A stretch of DNA of 63,581 nt, filler included, from Saprolegnia diclina VS20 (Eukaryota): NCBI RefSeq assembly GCF_000281045.1. It is 9 parts of 4 records of this genome, joined end to end, with 100 filler letters (N's around TTAATTAATTAA, not from the genome) between each part and the next. Parts side by side here need not be neighbours in the genome. Positions count along the whole stretch, not along the records: positions 55,423 to 63,581 come from NW_008246181.1; 8 more parts are not named here. The stretch is one strand, 5' to 3'. Positions 58,351 to 63,581 of the stretch are shown in pieces (positions within the stretch are counted from its first letter, which is position 1; every line of letters starts with the position of its first letter). Position numbers and translations under genes: made by a program. The notes under the pieces were generated by a model, which saw nothing but the letters and a program-made list of their open reading frames with translations, did not search any database and was not told the origin of the DNA.

Positions 58351-59844
58351 TTATTCGAGGTTACGAAAAGCAGCAATATCTGCCAACCGCGACGGCGCCG
58401 ATGCGTCTCGATCGACAGCATGGCCAGCAGTACGAAGCGCTAGCTGTCGAATTCGGTTCGTGGGAATCGGCACGTCGACCTGTCTCGCAGGCGGCATCTC
58501 GGCCTCTTGGCCGGGTGGCCAGACAAAGTCGTCTGCTTCGATCTGGCCGCGTGCAGCGATCTCCTCCAGCCAAGAAGGACGACCCGCCGTTCTCGTGCTT
58601 GTTTGTCGGGCTGCCATCGTAGCCATGAGTAAGCTTCCTCTTCTCGGTCTCTGAGATCGAAAACGGACCGCGTTGCCGATTCCATAGTCGTTGTGGCCCT
58701 CGAAACCCATGTACACTGGCCCGTCGGGATATCCATAGTCGCTCGAGTACGCTGGCGACGCATCCGCCATCAGCGGACACTGCTTCCCGCGCAAAGGACA
58801 GCCGACATCGGGCGTCTTGGGCGTCGCGTACGGGTGACTACCCGGTAGTCCAAACTGCGCGACGTGGGCCTTGTACGTATTGACGCTCGCAACATACTCG
58901 CCTCGCAAGAGCTGAAACCAGTCGTATCGACGCTTACCAAGCTCATTATCGATGCTTCTTGCCCACTGCCGCCCGACGTCTCGCAAGTGCGCGTGCAGCG
59001 CTCGGCGTTCGGTCAGCGTCAAGCCCGTCGTCCGAAGATTTTCGAGAATTGCGGGATGGGCCTTCGCGACGTCGGCAGGGTCCGTGCGCAAGAGCTCCAA
59101 AATATTGGTCCGCTTGAACTTGCGAGCGACGTCGCGAGGGATCGTCTGACCATTCGGCGTCAACATTTGAGTGAGCGCCGTCTCGGAGAGCGACTTGATG
59201 TTGACGGGCAGCATGCGCCGAATCGCGCAGAGGGCTCGCAAGGCGTCGTCCGCGTCGGCGTCGTCCCACGCCTCTTGGAGTCGCGTCAGCTCGATGGCGT
59301 ACTCGGGCTTGTGCTGAATGGCGTCGTGACACGCCTCCATGTCTTGCTCAAGCACAAAATACTCTTCACGGAGGTCTCTCTGGACTAGAGGATCTGGGTG
59401 CGTCACGTCGGCCGTCCCAATCGCACGCATGCGACGAGAGATCTCTTGGATGCGGCGCGTAAGCTCGTCATAGCTGTCGTTAGGGCGCATGATGGCGACG
59501 AGACGGTCCATGACTGGGTCGTTCCGAGGCGTGGACACAGGCAACGGGACGCCGTAGCGTCGGTAGAGATCGGCGCCGTAGACGCTGGGAATGAACTCAA
59601 TCGTGCACGGCCAGTGTGCGGTACGAAGCACGTCGGTGACAAATGCAAAGGGCTTGAAGAGCACGTTGATGTCGTTGACGCGACAAATGAGGTCGCCGGC
59701 GACGACGCCGCTGGCGAGTGCAGCGCCACGGACGCTTCCGACAAGAGCGCCATCGAGGCCGGACGCAGCGCCGTCACTGGGCAAAATGCCAACCTTGGGC
59801 CCGTCAAAGCGCACGGCGTACGTCGGCAGCTCGTCGGCTCGCAT
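58351..59844 (-). CDS. Uncharacterised protein: N-terminal PDZ-like domain, coiled coil, helical domain, C-terminal WH2-like motifs
   Basis: Intronless ORF. Y.VRF.GPKVGI...GA.V..V.GAA..SGV..GDLI.RVN..NV....F..V..VLR...P..IEF is PDZ-like. First ATG at 59844. Confidence 0.65.
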   Translation of the reverse strand: MRADELPTYAVRFDGPKVGILPSDGAASGLDGALVGSVRGAALASGVVAGDLICRVNDINVLFKPFAFVTDVLRTAHWPCTIEFIPSVYGADLYRRYGVPLPVSTPRNDPVMDRLVAIMRPNDSYDELTRRIQEISRRMRAIGTADVTHPDPLVQRDLREEYFVLEQDMEACHDAIQHKPEYAIELTRLQEAWDDADADDALRALCAIRRMLPVNIKSLSETALTQMLTPNGQTIPRDVARKFKRTNILELLRTDPADVAKAHPAILENLRTTGLTLTERRALHAHLRDVGRQWARSIDNELGKRRYDWFQLLRGEYVASVNTYKAHVAQFGLPGSHPYATPKTPDVGCPLRGKQCPLMADASPAYSSDYGYPDGPVYMGFEGHNDYGIGNAVRFRSQRPRRGSLLMATMAARQTSTRTAGRPSWLEEIAARGQIEADDFVWPPGQEAEMPPARQVDVPIPTNRIRQLALRTAGHAVDRDASAPSRLADIAAFRNLE

Positions 59845-60107
59845 CGCTCGCTGCTCGTTGTCAAGTAGATTTGAGATTGCCCTTTTCACCCTTTTCACAA
59901 CCGACCGGCACCGCTGCCAAGTTATCCGGATCACCGGATACGACAGTGACCTTGCTGGAGCTGCCACGTATGGACAATTGCCCGACGAAGATCAAGACGC
60001 CTTGCCACTGCAATCACTGCTGTAGAAAAGGAATCGGCGTCCAAAACGTACCATGTAAATAGGACAGTCTGCAGCCAACTCGCGCGTCGATCGCGCCTCT
60101 GACGACA

Positions 60108-60261
60108 CCCCAACATACGCGAAGCACCTTCCAAGCTCCAGGTACACGGCCGCCGACACGCGACGCGCTGCAGTCCAAGGTGCTCATCGTGCTAAGCGAT
60201 CGTGCCAGGCGCACTGCAATCGCGACAGTGACGAACGCTCACTTGATACCTTGATACTCTT
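60108..60261 (+). repeat. 154-bp direct repeat, copy 2
   Basis: Matches 55423-55576. Confidence 0.9.
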
Positions 60262-60525
60262 GGCAGAAATTACGTTGTGGACACCATTGGACCACGGCGT
60301 ATAGCGAATCTGGACTGCAAGACACTCCCGGTGCCACGTCCGTGGTCACCAGTGCTGGACTCGACAACAGCAGCTTTGGTCAATAAATGGTATATATAAA
60401 GCAATGCCAAGAAGACGACAAAACCCGATAATGTATCGGTCCTGTATAGAGACCGTCTATCTTGTCGGATGGGAGTATCCGGATTGGATACGACGACGGT
60501 TCAAGATCCAATAAAAAGTTGCACC

Positions 60526-63340
60526 ATGCCACCGCCGTCCAAGGCCGACGAGAGCGTCCGCGTCATGGTGCGCATCCGCCCGATGAGCAGCAAGGAGAAG
60601 CAAGACGGCCGGCTCGAGGCGACGGTCGCGAGCTTTGAGCGCGCCGAGGTGACGATCACCAACCCCGCGGCCGCGTCGTCCGAGGCGCCAAAAGCTTTTA
60701 CGTTTGACGCTGCGTTCGGCTCCAAGTCGACGCAGCAGCAAGTGTACGACACGGCGGCGACCGCGATCGTCGAAGCCGTCATGGACGGCTACAACGGCAC
60801 CATCTTTGCTTATGGCCAAGTACACGACTCTACCACCGGTTTGCGCTCACAAATATATGTTCTTAGACGGGCGCGGGCAAGTCGCACACGATGGAGGGCC
60901 TGCCCGACCCGCCCGAGATGCGTGGCATCATCCCCAACTCGTTCAAGCACATCTTTGACAAGGCAACCCGAGCTTCCTTGGCGCCCAATCGCCGATGCTC
61001 ACAAAAGCGCGTAGGTGGCGATCACCAAGAAGAAGCAAATTCTTGTGCGCGCTTCGTACCTTGAAATTTACAACGAAGAAGTCCGGGACCTGCTCTCGAA
61101 AGACCCGAAGGCCGGCCTCGACCTCAAAGAGGTACCAAAACTGTCCTATCCAGCAATGACAATAGCTTCCATCGTACAGAATGCGGACTCGGGCGTCTAC
61201 GTCAAGAACCTGACAGCCCAAGTCGTCAAGGACGCGGCAGAGATCGACGCCGTGATGCGGCAAGGTCCGCCTCTTGATGCGTCAACGCAGACACTCATGC
61301 CTTGCTCAGGCAACAAGAGCCGAAGCGTCGGCGCCACCAACATGAACCAGACGTCGTCGCGGTCCCACTCGATCTTTACGATCGTTGTCGAGTGTCTCTC
61401 CGATGGCATGGATGGCAAGGACCACGTGTGCGTCGGGAAGCTCAACCTCGTATGCTGCGTGTTTCGTGCTTCACCAGATTCAAATTGGATGTGGATGCAT
61501 AGGTCGATTTGGCCGGTAGCGAGCGGCAGAGCAAGACCGGTGCGACCGGCGACCGTCTCCAGGAAGCCAATAAGATCAACTTGTCGCTCTCGGCGCTCGG
61601 CAACGTCATTTCGGCGCTCGTCGACGGCAAATCCAAGCACATTCCATACCGCGACTCGAAGCTCACGCGCCTTTTACAAGACTCGCTTGGTGGCAACACC
61701 AAGACGGTCATGATTGCCAACTGCGGGCCTGCCGACTACAACTACGAAGAGACGCTTACGACCCTCCGGTAGGCCTCGATTTAGTTCCGACATCGACTAA
61801 GCTCGAATGGGACAGGTACGCGAGCCGTGCAAAACAAATCAAAAACAAGCCGAAAATCAACGAAGACCCGAAAGACGCCATGATTCGCGAGTTCCAAGAA
61901 GAGATTGAAGCGCTCAAGGCCAAGTTGGCGGCCATTGGCACCGCCGGACCGTCGGGCACCACCGTCGACGGCCAAGTCGTCGCACAAGCCGTCGCGCCCG
62001 TTGAAATTGTCGAAAAGGTCGTCGAGAAGGTCATTATCGAGAAGGGTATTAGCGAAGAGGAAGCCAAGCGCATTGCAGAGAAGGCCAAGCAAGAGATTGG
62101 CGACGTGCGCAAGAAGGCCCAGGACGAGCTTTCGGCGGCTGCCAAAGACAATGCGCTCGCCGAGCATCAGAAGCGCGAGATGGAACTCAAGCTCGAGATG
62201 GAGCGCAAGCAGCACGAAGAAATGGAGCGGCAGCAAAAGGCACTGGTCCTCAAGCTGCAGTCGATGGAAGCCAAGCTGCTCGTCGGAAGCGAGATCCTCG
62301 ACAAGGCCGCGCAGCAAGGTATTTATTGCCATTTTTGCTGTTTTTTTAGATCGTTTGGTACAGAGGATGAGCTGCGCAAGAAGAAGCTCGAGCTCGAAGA
62401 ACGCAAGCACCAAGAACTCAAGCTCGCGCGGGAGCTCGCCGAGCGGGAAGAGTCCAACCTTATGAAGGAAGAGCAGGTGCGATGCCGCGACGGCGGCAAG
62501 GACTCATCGACGCCACTTGTATAGTACCAATCCCTGCAAGAGGAGGCCGAAGCCAAAACCAAGAAACTCAAAAAGGTCTTCAACAAAGTCAAGGAAGTGC
62601 TCGCCGACGTCAAGCAGATGGAGAAGGCCCACGCGCGCGTACGTCCAACCGAGTGGTGTACTCAAGCACTAATACTACGAACGGTAGGAACGGGAAGACT
62701 TGCTCGATACCATTCGGGAGCTCACAGCGTCGCTCAAACTCAAAACGCTCGTGCTCGAGTATTTCATGCCGCGTGAGGCAGCGACGATGCTCGAAGCCGC
62801 AGCTGTCTGGGATGACGAAGAAGACAACTTTACCTTGCCGCACCTCGAACTTTCCGGTACAAATGGAGCTTATTTTTGAGATTGAGATTCCAAGAATGGT
62901 GTAGGCAATGCCCTGCGCCCGCGACAGCGCCCGGCCTCGGCCAGTGGCCTTCGTCGCCCCGAGACCGCGTCGGAGAAATCGCGCAAGGTTGACATATTGT
63001 TGCGCGACCAGCGTATCACATCGATGCGTAGAAGTACGTGTCGGAAGAGGAGACGCCCGAGATGGAGATTCACATTGAGCGCAACCAGTACCTTGTGTAC
63101 ACGTCGGACGAAGAAGGAGACGGGTATGCGCTCGCGGAAGACAAGATTGTGACGAGTCCGCCCGCCAAAGAACGCCCCAAAACCTCCAAGAAGACATCGC
63201 GCAAGTCGTCGTCCAAAGACGCTTCGAGTACGATGACGGAGTAGTGTCAGCAGGCACGTTACCTTCCAATAGGCACGTCGGGGTCGTCGACCAAGCGCCC
63301 CGAGACGGCCAAGAAGCGATCGACAGAAAAGAAAGCCTAG
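60526..63340 (+). CDS. Kinesin-2 motor subunit (KIF3/FLA8/FLA10-like), multi-exon
   Basis: [64 protein letters not shown], neck [22 protein letters not shown], then a coiled coil and an RPASA.G.RRP tail. Stop placed at 63338-63340. Confidence 0.93.
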
Positions 63341-63581
63341 CTACGTACATGTGCCATCGTTTGCACCGCTGTAGATTGTTGACCTCGACCCCCGCAAGGG
63401 ATCGCCAAGGTATAGAGTTATTCCTATCCAACAATAGCTATTTCAAACATCATGGGAGCGTAAACGGGGTGTTATCACATGCGCAATTCAAGCTCTTGGT
63501 GGTTTATTTTGAAGTAACTAGGCCTTCCGGTTCCTGTCGTCTCCACGCAGCTCGACGCTTGGTCAGTGTGGACGTTCTAGA

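Overview
Eukaryotic draft-assembly scaffold, almost certainly an oomycete and probably Saprolegniales. This is inferred from the many 45-57 nt GT-AG introns, INR/FPR-like core promoters, a U6 gene, kinesin-2 and TKL-type kinases. The window has 13 N-gaps, 8 of them 100-nt spacers carrying an artificial TTAATTAATTAA linker. It alternates housekeeping genes (SFT2-like, PLAA/Doa1, kinesin-2, U6 snRNA, Old Yellow Enzyme, DOT1-like methyltransferase, papain protease) with small tandem families and transposon debris. The families are four membrane-anchored thaumatin-like genes, two bacterial-type lipases, two claudin-like 4-TM genes and a cluster of 2OG-Fe(II)-oxygenase-like genes lacking iron ligands. 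The debris includes a hAT and a pogo element with intact TIRs and TSDs sitting back to back, and a LINE 3' fragment. The best candidate for an undescribed system is the head-to-head pair at 3552-10432. One gene encodes an ankyrin-array TKL kinase with one repeat per phase-0 exon. Its divergently transcribed partner encodes a pseudokinase-C2 protein. Both carry the same CxxC..CxxC-LP-x4-KL-xx-L-xx-I zinc-ribbon/helix module, suggesting a sensor-kinase/pseudokinase-effector pair. All gene models were spliced by eye and no database searches were run.
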